DNA of 64,000 nucleotides. Origin: an uncultured Smithella sp. GTDB lineage: Bacteria; Desulfobacterota; Syntrophia; Syntrophales; Smithellaceae. Within the stretch, counting starts at the first letter, position 1, and every line of letters starts with the position of its first letter. Shown here one piece after another: positions 1 to 8,704 of this stretch. The stretch covers positions 7,007 through 71,006 of the forward strand of contig CAYMYR010000004.1 of the NCBI GenBank assembly GCA_964394715.1, written 5' to 3'. The notes beneath the pieces were generated by a model. The model had not been told where the DNA came from. It was given only the letters and a program-made list of their open reading frames with translations, and searched no databases. A program made the position numbers and the translations under genes.

Positions 1-21
1 AAGAAGCTGAAACATAACTCC

Positions 22-876
22 ATGAGCTGGCGATATTTTAAACAAAACGTTTTTTTTACGCTGGTGCGTGCTTCGGCCTTAATCATTACACTCGCCTTGG
101 GCGGCATCATCCTGTACATCTTTGTCAACGGTATTTCAGCGATCAGCTGGGAATTCATCACGAAACCGCCAACTGACGCAATGACTAAAGGCGGCATCAT
201 GCCCGCCATCCTGGGAACGATTTATCTGACCATCGGTGCGATTGCCATCGGGCTCCCTCTGGGGGTTGCCTCAGCGATATACCTCACGGAATATGCAAAG
301 CAGGGAAGGATCATCCGTTTAATCAAAGTAGGTATCAATTGCCTTGCCGGTGTTCCGTCGGTGGTATTCGGGCTTTTCGGATTGGGTTTTTTTGTAATTT
401 TTATGAAGTTTGGTTCCAGTATCCTGTCCGGGTCACTGACGCTGGGATTTTTGATTTTACCAACGATTATAGGTGCTTCGGAGGAAGCACTCAAAGCCGT
501 GCCGCAGACCTTTCGCGAGGCGTCCCTTTCCCTCGGCGTGTCCAAATGGCAGACCATTTACCGGATTGTACTGCCTAATGCTCTGCCGGGAATCCTGACA
601 GGATCCATTCTGGGTATCGGACGCGCCGCGGGCGAGACGGCGCCAATCATGTTTACGGCTGCTGCATATTTCACGGCCAAGCTTCCGGGATCGATCTTTG
701 ACGAAGTTATGGCCCTGCCGTATCACATTTACGTTCTGGCGACGGCGGGAACCAACATCGAAGCCACCCGTCCGATCCAGTTTGGCACCGTACTGGTTCT
801 GGTGGCAGTGGTTTTGGGGATTGATTTGATCGCGATTGTCATTCGAGGTTACATGAGACGAAATAAAGGGTGGTAG
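22..876 (+). CDS. pstA: Phosphate ABC transporter permease PstA
   Basis: 284-aa multi-TM ORF with the ABC permease EAA loop ([25 protein letters not shown]). Directly followed by pstB, phoU and phoR. Confidence 0.9.
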   Translation: MSWRYFKQNVFFTLVRASALIITLALGGIILYIFVNGISAISWEFITKPPTDAMTKGGIMPAILGTIYLTIGAIAIGLPLGVASAIYLTEYAKQGRIIRLIKVGINCLAGVPSVVFGLFGLGFFVIFMKFGSSILSGSLTLGFLILPTIIGASEEALKAVPQTFREASLSLGVSKWQTIYRIVLPNALPGILTGSILGIGRAAGETAPIMFTAAAYFTAKLPGSIFDEVMALPYHIYVLATAGTNIEATRPIQFGTVLVLVAVVLGIDLIAIVIRGYMRRNKGW

Positions 877-1637
877 CTATGGAGTCAAATGCAATTATTT
901 CCATCAGGGGGGTGAACTTCTATTACGGTACCGTGCGTGCCTTGACGGACATTTCAATGAAGTTCAGAAAAAACAAAGTTACGGCGCTTATCGGGCCGTC
1001 GGGGTGCGGAAAATCCACGCTTCTGCGGCTTTTAAACCGGATGAACGATCTGATCGACGGGACAAAAGTTGAAGGAGAGATTCTTTTTGAAGATACAAAT
1101 ATCTATGCGCCGGATGTGGATCCGGTAGAAATCCGCCGCAAAATCGGCATGGTCTTTCAAAAACCAAATCCTTTTCCTAAAACCATATATAACAATATCT
1201 CTTATGGCCCCAAACTGAACGGTGTTTCCAGCAGGGATATGGACGCCCTGGTGGAGCAGAGTTTGAAGCAGGCGGTGCTCTGGGACGAGGTGAAGGATAT
1301 TCTGAACAAATCCGCAATGAATCTCTCCGGGGGCCAGCAGCAGCGGCTCTGTATCGCTCGCGCGCTGGCGATGAAGCCGGATATCCTTTTAATGGACGAA
1401 CCGACCTCGGCGCTGGATCCTATATCCACTGCGAAAATCGAGGAATTGATTGAGGAACTGAAGGAAAATTACACCATCATCATTGTGACGCACAATATGC
1501 AGCAGGCCGCCCGTGTATCGGATGAAACGGCTTTCTTTTATCTGGGGAATCTGATTGAATACAATAAAACAGAGAAAATTTTCACGAAACCCGAAGTCAA
1601 ACAGACGGAGGATTATATTACGGGGCGTTTCGGCTAG
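870..1637 (+). CDS. pstB: Phosphate ABC transporter ATP-binding protein PstB
   Basis: Walker [13 protein letters not shown] signature [14 protein letters not shown], Walker [13 protein letters not shown]. The GTG at 870 overlaps the pstA end; ATG at 879 is an alternative start. Confidence 0.95.
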   Translation: MVAMESNAIISIRGVNFYYGTVRALTDISMKFRKNKVTALIGPSGCGKSTLLRLLNRMNDLIDGTKVEGEILFEDTNIYAPDVDPVEIRRKIGMVFQKPNPFPKTIYNNISYGPKLNGVSSRDMDALVEQSLKQAVLWDEVKDILNKSAMNLSGGQQQRLCIARALAMKPDILLMDEPTSALDPISTAKIEELIEELKENYTIIIVTHNMQQAARVSDETAFFYLGNLIEYNKTEKIFTKPEVKQTEDYITGRFG

Positions 1638-1750
1638 ATTGACAACTTTAAAAAAAACAAAAGGACACGTATCTGCTGAGTTGTGGGTCTTTCAGCATAT
1701 TTAGAGAAGCCTTCCAAGAAGGAAAATGGTTTTCGACTGGAGGAGAAACA

Positions 1751-2437
1751 ATGGAAGAAAAGCGACACACCAGTTTGCACTATGAAAAAGAACTGCAGGC
1801 GATCAAGGACGGTCTGATTTATCTTGGGGCTCTGACCGAGACTGCCATCCGCCAGGCGATGAAGTCCCTGTCGGAGCGTGATACGGAACTTGCCCGTAAA
1901 GTTGTCCGGGAAGACGACGAGATTGATCGTCTGGACACCGATCTGGAAGAACGCTGTATCAAGATCCTGGCACTGCGCCAGCCCACTGCAATTGATTTGC
2001 GTTTTATTACCACCGCCATAAAAATTACCGGACATCTGGAGCGAATCGGCGATATGGCTGTGAACATCGCCGAAAAGGTCATGCTTCTCAATGAAGAGCC
2101 CCAGCTCAAGCCTTATATTGACTTGCCGCGCATGGCCGAACTGGTCGGTGACATGATTGAAGATTCACTGGACAGTTTTGTGAAAAGCGATCTTAAACAG
2201 GCGGAAAAAGTCCGGCAGATGGAGCAGGTCATTGATGACCTCAATGAACAGATATTTCGGGAACTCCTGACGTTCATGATGGAGGATTCCAGAAATATTC
2301 ACAGGGCCTTGCTGGTTATGCAGGTATCCAAAAATATGGAGCGGATTGCCGATCATGCCAAGGGAATCGCCGACATGGTCACCTACATGGTGACGGGAGA
2401 ATGCGTGCGCCATCGTGCATGCGGTATACTGGAGTAA
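1751..2437 (+). CDS. phoU: Phosphate signalling complex protein PhoU
   Basis: 228-aa helical protein with two PhoU-type repeats (EDDEIDRLD..., ERIADHA). Sits in the pst operon. Confidence 0.9.
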   Translation: MEEKRHTSLHYEKELQAIKDGLIYLGALTETAIRQAMKSLSERDTELARKVVREDDEIDRLDTDLEERCIKILALRQPTAIDLRFITTAIKITGHLERIGDMAVNIAEKVMLLNEEPQLKPYIDLPRMAELVGDMIEDSLDSFVKSDLKQAEKVRQMEQVIDDLNEQIFRELLTFMMEDSRNIHRALLVMQVSKNMERIADHAKGIADMVTYMVTGECVRHRACGILE

Positions 2438-2446
2438 GGAGAACGT

Positions 2447-4183
2447 GTGAAACGTAATCTTTTCCTCAAAATATTCTTTTCCTATCTGGTGATTATCAGC
2501 CTGTCTTTCCTTATCCTGCACTCGCTGGTCAAAGATAAGGTAAATCATATTGTCATGTCCCGAATTGAACAGGAGCTGATGCATTATGCCGAGCTGGTTG
2601 ATCTGAACACTCCGCCGGCGATGTCCGGCAACCTTCAGCGGATCAGTCAGATTTCAAGGTCCCGCGTGACGCTTGTAGATGCAAAAGGAATTGTTTTTGC
2701 AGATTCGGAAAAGGATATCGCCGGGCTTGAGAATCATCTTTACCGCCCGGAAATCCAGAGTGCCAGGCTGCGGGGGAAAGGCAAATCTGTTCGATACAGC
2801 AGTACGCTGGGTGTTGATATGCTTTATGTGGCTGTGGTCATTCAAGACGGGAAAAAAGTGAACGGCTATGTCCGTCTGGCCCGTCCGCTCCATGATGTTC
2901 AAAGCGCCGTCGAACAGGTTTACCAATCCATTTTCCTGGCGATGATGATCGGCGCGATGTTGTCCTTACTGGTTGCCCTGTTTTTTGCGTGGCGTTTATC
3001 CGCACCGATTCGAATGATGGAGGAATTTACTCAGAGACTGCGGCAGGGCTTTCCTGTAGGGGCGTTGAGAATGCAGACAAGTGATGAAACCCGCACACTG
3101 GCAGATAATATTAACTATCTGGTCGAAGAGCTTCAGGATAAGATACGGCTTGCCAATGAAGAGAAGGGTAAATTGATGACCGCTCTTACCAGCATCAATG
3201 AAGGAGTTCTGATTCTGAATCGGGAAGAACGAATAGAATTTCTCAGCCCCTCGCTGGCAGGTATTCTTTCAGGACAATACGGTGACTTTCTTGGAAAAAC
3301 ACTTCTGGAAGCTTTTCGCAATGTTGAATTGCAAAAAGTCTATCAGGGCTTCAAGAGTACAAAGAGCGGCTTATCAAGAGAAATTGCTCTGGGCGGTGCC
3401 GATCCTGTCATTATGAGGGTAAGCCTTTCTGAAGTTCAGGGACTTCCGGATGAAGAGAAGACCATGATTGTTTTTCATGATGTGACGCGCCTGAAAAAAC
3501 TCGAACGCATCCGCACGGATTTTGTTGCCAATGTTACGCATGAAATCCGCACACCGCTCACGGCCGTTATCGGTTACCTGGAGACGCTGCAAGCGGGGGC
3601 GCTGGAGAACCCGGAAGATGCCAAACGGTTTATCGATATTATGCTGAAGCAGGCCCGGCGCCTCAATCGCCTGGTTGAAGATTTAATGACCATCTCCAGG
3701 ATCGAACTGGGCGAAGTTCTTCTTCATATTGAAGGGCTTTCACTTTCGGAAGTGATGGAGAATGTGATTTCTCTCCTGGATGCCAGGGCGGCGGCGAAAA
3801 AGATCAAGATTCAAAACCGGCTGCCGCGAAATCTTCCGCAAATCAAGGCGGATCGCGACCGGTTGATTCAGGTGCTGGTCAATGTGTTGGATAATGCCGT
3901 CAAGTTCACACCGGATGGCGGTCTCATAACGCTTGACGCCGAAGAAAAAGCAGAAAACGTTGTGTTAACCATCAGCGACACGGGCATCGGCATTCCGCGG
4001 GAAGAAATTCAACGCCTTGGTGAACGCTTTTACCGTGTCGACAAGACCCGATCCCGTGAACTGGGCGGTACGGGTTTAGGTCTTTCCATCGTCAAGCATC
4101 TGATGATAGCCCACGGCGGTAAAATGGAAATTGAAAGCCAGATGGGCAAGGGAACCAAAGTCTTATTATTTTTCCTGATGTAA
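2447..4183 (+). CDS. phoR: Phosphate regulon sensor histidine kinase PhoR-like
   Basis: N-terminal TM segments. H-box HEIRTPLT, N-box DNAVKFT, G-boxes DTGIGI and [10 protein letters not shown]. Lies immediately after phoU. GTG start. Confidence 0.85.
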   Translation: MKRNLFLKIFFSYLVIISLSFLILHSLVKDKVNHIVMSRIEQELMHYAELVDLNTPPAMSGNLQRISQISRSRVTLVDAKGIVFADSEKDIAGLENHLYRPEIQSARLRGKGKSVRYSSTLGVDMLYVAVVIQDGKKVNGYVRLARPLHDVQSAVEQVYQSIFLAMMIGAMLSLLVALFFAWRLSAPIRMMEEFTQRLRQGFPVGALRMQTSDETRTLADNINYLVEELQDKIRLANEEKGKLMTALTSINEGVLILNREERIEFLSPSLAGILSGQYGDFLGKTLLEAFRNVELQKVYQGFKSTKSGLSREIALGGADPVIMRVSLSEVQGLPDEEKTMIVFHDVTRLKKLERIRTDFVANVTHEIRTPLTAVIGYLETLQAGALENPEDAKRFIDIMLKQARRLNRLVEDLMTISRIELGEVLLHIEGLSLSEVMENVISLLDARAAAKKIKIQNRLPRNLPQIKADRDRLIQVLVNVLDNAVKFTPDGGLITLDAEEKAENVVLTISDTGIGIPREEIQRLGERFYRVDKTRSRELGGTGLGLSIVKHLMIAHGGKMEIESQMGKGTKVLLFFLM

Positions 4184-4457
4184 TAAGCATAATACTTTAA
4201 AAATTAATTACATTTCTTTTCAGAGATGGTACTACAATCAAACGATTACCTTTTTTATTATTATATTGACACGAACCGTTGTTTAATATGAAAGCATTGA
4301 ATGACGGCTGTTGGAGTGAGTTGTACCTCAACTTTTTTTAACTATAACCCTGACTTCATGTTAACTCAAGCGCTGCCTTTTTTTGATGCAATCTGCCTAG
4401 GTGCGTGCCGACAATAGAGCATAATTCCAATAGAAATTCCGAAATCAATCTCAGAAG

Positions 4458-5237
4458 TTATTTAAGGAAATTGTTCCTGTTGATTATCCGTACTTTCAAT
4501 CCAACCCAGAGGTACCTTAAATACATGTATGGTTTGAGTTGTGATTTTCCTTCTGATCGCGCCTGCCAGAAACAAGTTATTTCCAGAACACCTACATCAA
4601 GACGCAACGGCTTGAGAATACTTTCCAGCACAAAAGAATGTCCTGTTTCCTCCCATTCAATGGCCCTTATCAATTGGATGGGATAAACTCTATAGCCAAA
4701 GGTAAAATCGGTAATTTTCTTCCAATATAAAAAAGAGAAAGTTTTCTGAAATATGTAATTAAAGAACATCCTAAAAGGAGGATAGCCTGCAAAACATTTT
4801 TCTTTCAGCCAGCGCGAAGCAGAGATAATCATTGCAGGATTGGCTCTTGCTTCCTGAACGAGGCGGCCGAGAATCCGGGGATCTGATTCGCCATCACTGA
4901 ACATAACAACAACATGGCTGGCACACGCGGCAAGAAATCCTTCCCGCAATGCTCCGCCTAAAAAAGGCAGCTTCTGCCAGATAACTCTGACTCGTCCCGA
5001 ATATTTCCTTGCTAATTCGTTACCGGCAGCCAGACTTTTTTCTGTTGTTTTGTGGCAAACAACAATGATTACTTCCTGTATGTTTTCTCCCGTAAGCTCA
5101 AATATTGTATCAATGGTTTTATATAAAGATTTTACTTCATTGATTAATGGAACCACAACCGATAAAGATTCAAAACTGCTCTCCTGGTGGTCATTGTTTG
5201 TTTCACTGGCAATTTTATGTGTTATATTTCTTATCAT
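4458..5237 (-). CDS. GT2-family polyprenyl-phosphate glycosyltransferase (DPM1/ArnC/GtrB-like)
   Basis: 259 aa. N-terminal LSVVVPLINE... Rossmann start and a VVVMFSDGESDP DxD-type motif typical of GT2 Dpm1-like enzymes. The ATG overlaps the upstream gene stop (ATGA at 5234-5237). Confidence 0.8.
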   Translation of the reverse strand: MIRNITHKIASETNNDHQESSFESLSVVVPLINEVKSLYKTIDTIFELTGENIQEVIIVVCHKTTEKSLAAGNELARKYSGRVRVIWQKLPFLGGALREGFLAACASHVVVMFSDGESDPRILGRLVQEARANPAMIISASRWLKEKCFAGYPPFRMFFNYIFQKTFSFLYWKKITDFTFGYRVYPIQLIRAIEWEETGHSFVLESILKPLRLDVGVLEITCFWQARSEGKSQLKPYMYLRYLWVGLKVRIINRNNFLK

Positions 5238-6997
5238 TGGCCGTTCCGCACAGTAATCAGCTCTCCAATAGGTTTTACCAATTCAATAATAATAAAAGGA
5301 CCAAACTGTTCTCGTTTACGTCCTTCTTTCTCGACTATTTCAGTGAGGGCTGGAAAATATCCCAGATTAACACCAGACCAGGTAGTAGGTACCGTATGTG
5401 TCCTAGTTTCCTCTAAAACTATATACTTGATATTAAATTTCAACAAGGCCTCCATTAGTCTATCTTGAAACGCGGGAAAGAGAGGTGATTCTATACGGGG
5501 AATAGTCTGCCCCGGATGAAACCAAAGGACAGGATTGACGGAAGGCCTACCCGTTAAAGCGTATACAATTGAACTGTCTCCCACAAGATAAAAGTTACCT
5601 TCATTCTGCTGGAAAAAATTTATAAGTTGCTTGAAATCATCTGGTGTTCCACGATAGCAGTTTGGCGCACCCCAAACGAGGAATGAAAGAGCTTCAGGCA
5701 TTTCTGCTTTTTGATGCTTATTATCTTTATCCTTATAAATAAAATCATGAACCATCCTGTTCGCGTTCACTTGCCGGTCAAAACTCCACGCACATAAAAG
5801 TGAGCTGACGATCAAGATCAGGCTGAGCAAGTACAAAACATAGTTTTTCCTTAAGAAACGGAAAGGTTGATTAACGCTACTATGCCTCTCACTCAGCTTA
5901 GATAACGATATGTGCGCAAGACCTGAACTTATAAAAATCAGTGAAATGCCGTTTTCAAATGCATTACATGTCAAGGTCACAAATAAGTAACAGATAATGA
6001 GTAAACATTGTGCAAGGAAAAGAGGGAAGAAAGCATTTTCCATTACAGGTTCAAATATTTTCCATCGATAATCCCCCTTTGTGTTTCCGCCTCTCCAAAC
6101 ACAAAACAGTGTTCCAAGAAAAAGAATTGTAACAATGATAAAAGGGGAAAAAATCTGCCAGTGGGAAAACATATAACCAATGATATAAATACCCATACCT
6201 GAAATGAAGCCAATGAGTCGCTCACTGCCGGTTCCTGCGGGAAGCTGAAAATAATATACCTTCACCAGTTCGAAGTTTATTTCTAATACATGGTAAAGCG
6301 CAATTAATAACAAAATTACTGCCAGTGTGCCCGCAATCAGGGCTAGCATTAACCTGATAAGATTCTTCTGCTCTGCCACCAGTAAGATTAAACCGCCAAG
6401 AGCAATGCCGAAAACGGTCGGAATCTGTTTGCTGAGAAAGGCGATCGTTGCCACAAGTGGGAGAAAGAAAAAAATCAGCTGTTTCAACCATGGATTGGAA
6501 ACGCGCAGCGCCAGACAAACAAAAAAGATCAACAGAAAAGTAAAGAAATACGCATGCTGATCCTGAACAGGAACGCCGAAAGGCGGGTAGAACACTACAC
6601 TGCTCATCAGAGCGTAAAAAAAAGAAAGTTGTAGTGATCCTTCGAACATCCGCAAAAAGAAAAACACGAGAACACAAAATAGCCCGTTGAATACTGCCGC
6701 ATGCAGGCAGTAAACGAACCAGTTGACGCTGAAAATTTTAAAAAAAAAGCTTTGAATAAAGATGGGGACAATAGCGTTAGGCAGAGTAAAATCACGAAAT
6801 GGTATCTGCCCGGATAGAAGTCTCCAACCGCCGTCAAAAACCGCAGGAGAATCCTGTGGCATATAGCCAATCCTGCCGTAATAGAGACAATATATAATCC
6901 CGGCAGCTAGAAGAATAAAGGAGATGACGATATTAGCAAGTAGCTCTTTTTGTATGTTGTTTGTCAAATCGAACGGGTTCTCCTCTATTAACTGCAA
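5234..6997 (-). CDS. GT-C fold integral-membrane glycosyltransferase (ArnT/PMT/DUF2029-like) with C-terminal soluble domain
   Basis: 587 aa. About 12 hydrophobic helices in the first ~400 aa. First-loop acidic motif QDSPAVFDGGWRLLSGQIPFRDF resembles GT-C catalytic loops. The last ~170 aa look like a non-membrane domain. The only candidate start is TTG, with no clear SD, so the 5' end is uncertain. Confidence 0.6.
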   Translation of the reverse strand: MQLIEENPFDLTNNIQKELLANIVISFILLAAGIIYCLYYGRIGYMPQDSPAVFDGGWRLLSGQIPFRDFTLPNAIVPIFIQSFFFKIFSVNWFVYCLHAAVFNGLFCVLVFFFLRMFEGSLQLSFFYALMSSVVFYPPFGVPVQDQHAYFFTFLLIFFVCLALRVSNPWLKQLIFFFLPLVATIAFLSKQIPTVFGIALGGLILLVAEQKNLIRLMLALIAGTLAVILLLIALYHVLEINFELVKVYYFQLPAGTGSERLIGFISGMGIYIIGYMFSHWQIFSPFIIVTILFLGTLFCVWRGGNTKGDYRWKIFEPVMENAFFPLFLAQCLLIICYLFVTLTCNAFENGISLIFISSGLAHISLSKLSERHSSVNQPFRFLRKNYVLYLLSLILIVSSLLCAWSFDRQVNANRMVHDFIYKDKDNKHQKAEMPEALSFLVWGAPNCYRGTPDDFKQLINFFQQNEGNFYLVGDSSIVYALTGRPSVNPVLWFHPGQTIPRIESPLFPAFQDRLMEALLKFNIKYIVLEETRTHTVPTTWSGVNLGYFPALTEIVEKEGRKREQFGPFIIIELVKPIGELITVRNGQ

Positions 6998-7163
6998 ATG
7001 CTTTCTGCAACGGGAATATTTTTTTATGCCTATAACATCTTAGAAATAAATATCAACAACTATTGCTTACTTTGCATGGCGTTAGTTCCTAACCACATTC
7101 ATCTGAATCCTTTTGGTTCAGACCTGAGCTCAGAATACGGAAATTTGATTTCGTATACCTACG

Positions 7164-7317
7164 AATAACCATTTCCAGGATCGAACTGGGTGGTACGGGT
7201 TTAGGTCTTTCCATCGTCAAGCATCTGATGATAGCCCACGGCGGTAAAATGGAAATTGAAAGCCAGATGGGCAAAGGAACCAAAGCCTTATTATTCTTCC
7301 CGGTGAACAAAGGATAG
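7164..7317 (+). pseudogene. Truncated, internally deleted copy of the phoR 3' end
   Basis: 7164-7190 matches phoR 3685-3711 (27 nt, 2 mismatches). 7183-7308 matches phoR 4058-4183 almost base for base. The frame is kept: [49 protein letters not shown]. There is no start codon or upstream kinase domains. Confidence 0.85.
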
Positions 7318-7426
7318 CTTTCAGGAATTATGATCCTTTTTAATCGGAGATATTTTCGCGCAAAAGCCTCTTTATTTTTTCAGAACCAAAAAGTATAATT
7401 CAATAAATGATCGGGAGGATTTGAAA

Positions 7427-8302
7427 ATGGAAAGTCAAATTGCCAGGGCCATTCATTTGCAATACCAGCCGGTTGCCCTTTTGTGGTCCGATGAAAAACC
7501 TGAAGGAGCCATGCAGTTTTCTGAAGGCAGATGGGGCTGTGTGATGTGGCTGCTTGTCCATGCCGCCAAAGGGAAGTCCGCTGTGGCCGACCGAAAAACC
7601 TTTGGCTGTTTCGGCGGTGGCGTCGGGCTGGGATTTGATAATCAGTATAAAAACTTCCCCGGCGGAGAAGAAGGGTTCTGCTATTTCCTGTCATCGGGAA
7701 ATGCTACTCGTCCAGGGGGGGCAGAGATTGCGGAAAAAATTAAACCTTTCATGACTAAAGAAAGTCATGAAAATTTTCTCAATGGTGAACACTACATCAA
7801 AAATCCTGAAGGAGTCCGTAACTTTATTGATATTCTGCCGATGACAGACATTCCGGCACAGTATGTTGTCTTCAAACCGCTTGCGGAGGTGGATTTAACT
7901 CGCGAAAAACCGCAGGCGGTCATTTTCTTTGTCAATCCTGATCAGTTATCCGCGCTGACGGTACTGGCTAATTACGCACGTGGTGACAATGAAAACGTGA
8001 TCATGCCTTACGCAGCGGGCTGTCAGACCATCGGTATCTATCCCTACCGAGAAGTAAAGTCTGCTAAACCCCGCGCTGTTGTCGGTATGACGGATTTATC
8101 CGCACGATTGTACGTCCTCAAACAGCTGGGTGATCCGAACTTTATGACTTTTACGGCGCCTTTTCATTTATTCGAAGAAATGGAACAAAATGTGCGAGGT
8201 TCTTTTCTTGAACGACATACCTGGCAGAGTTTGTTACTTGAAAAAGACAAGATAAAAAAGGAAAGCAGGCATAGAGGCAATGATCATCATGCAGATAATT
8301 GA
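7427..8302 (+). CDS. DUF169-family protein (function unknown)
   Basis: About 291 aa. The GCFGGGVGLGF region and overall composition resemble DUF169/COG2043 as I remember it. SD GGGAGGA at 7413-7419 favours ATG 7427 over TTG 7421. Confidence 0.55.
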   Translation: MESQIARAIHLQYQPVALLWSDEKPEGAMQFSEGRWGCVMWLLVHAAKGKSAVADRKTFGCFGGGVGLGFDNQYKNFPGGEEGFCYFLSSGNATRPGGAEIAEKIKPFMTKESHENFLNGEHYIKNPEGVRNFIDILPMTDIPAQYVVFKPLAEVDLTREKPQAVIFFVNPDQLSALTVLANYARGDNENVIMPYAAGCQTIGIYPYREVKSAKPRAVVGMTDLSARLYVLKQLGDPNFMTFTAPFHLFEEMEQNVRGSFLERHTWQSLLLEKDKIKKESRHRGNDHHADN

Positions 8303-8606
8303 CCTGGCGTTAAAATATTGAATAACTTCAATAAGGTAAAATAAAAATGTTGATAATGCATGATATTCGTTGCCCGCAGATATGAAGAACTTGTATAGTG
8401 CTTCATAAGAATGTCAGGAAATACCTAAAAAAGGCAATATGGACGTAAAAACAAAACTGTGTTATTTTAAAATTGTTGTATGGAGTAATTCAGAATTTGG
8501 TTACCATGTTTTTAACGATTGATGATGTTGGTAAAGGAATCAATCGCATAGCGGACTCAATACAACGAAATGTAAATGACTGTATGAATTTTTTGCGTGT
8601 AAAAAA

Positions 8607-8634
8607 TTGACTTCCTTACTTTCCTCTTTATAAT
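8607..8634 (+). promoter_or_regulatory. Near-consensus sigma70-type promoter upstream of the HEAT/HD-GYP pair
   Basis: TTGACT (8607-8612), 16-nt spacer, TATAAT (8629-8634), in a 400-bp AT-rich intergenic region about 70 nt upstream of ATG 8705. Confidence 0.45.
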
Positions 8635-8704
8635 TTAAACTGTACTCGGCAATTATGCCAAGATAAAACAGAATTTAGTAATTTGTTCATTTGATGGCCG
8701 GTTT

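Larger units (their letters stand above)
4184..7163. other. AT-rich ~3-kb islet carrying two minus-strand glycosyltransferase genes, bracketed by direct copies of the phoR 3' end
   Basis: By eye clearly more AT-rich than the flanks (not computed). Bounded on the left by the intact phoR end (to 4183) and on the right by a phoR 3' fragment (7164-7317). No mobility gene inside. Confidence 0.5.

Noticed and set aside
1-21. Possible 3' end of pstC upstream of pstA
   Set aside because: Only about 10 coding nucleotides would fall inside the window. That cannot be supported.
4310-4339. Possible intrinsic terminator after phoR (GTTGGAG..CCTCAAC followed by T7)
   Set aside because: The stem is only 7 bp, with one mismatch and one G-U pair. 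That is too weak to call without folding energies.
7089-7310. 73-aa minus-strand ORF
   Set aside because: It runs antisense across the phoR 3' fragment. The plus-strand similarity to phoR explains the sequence, and the ORF is a by-product.
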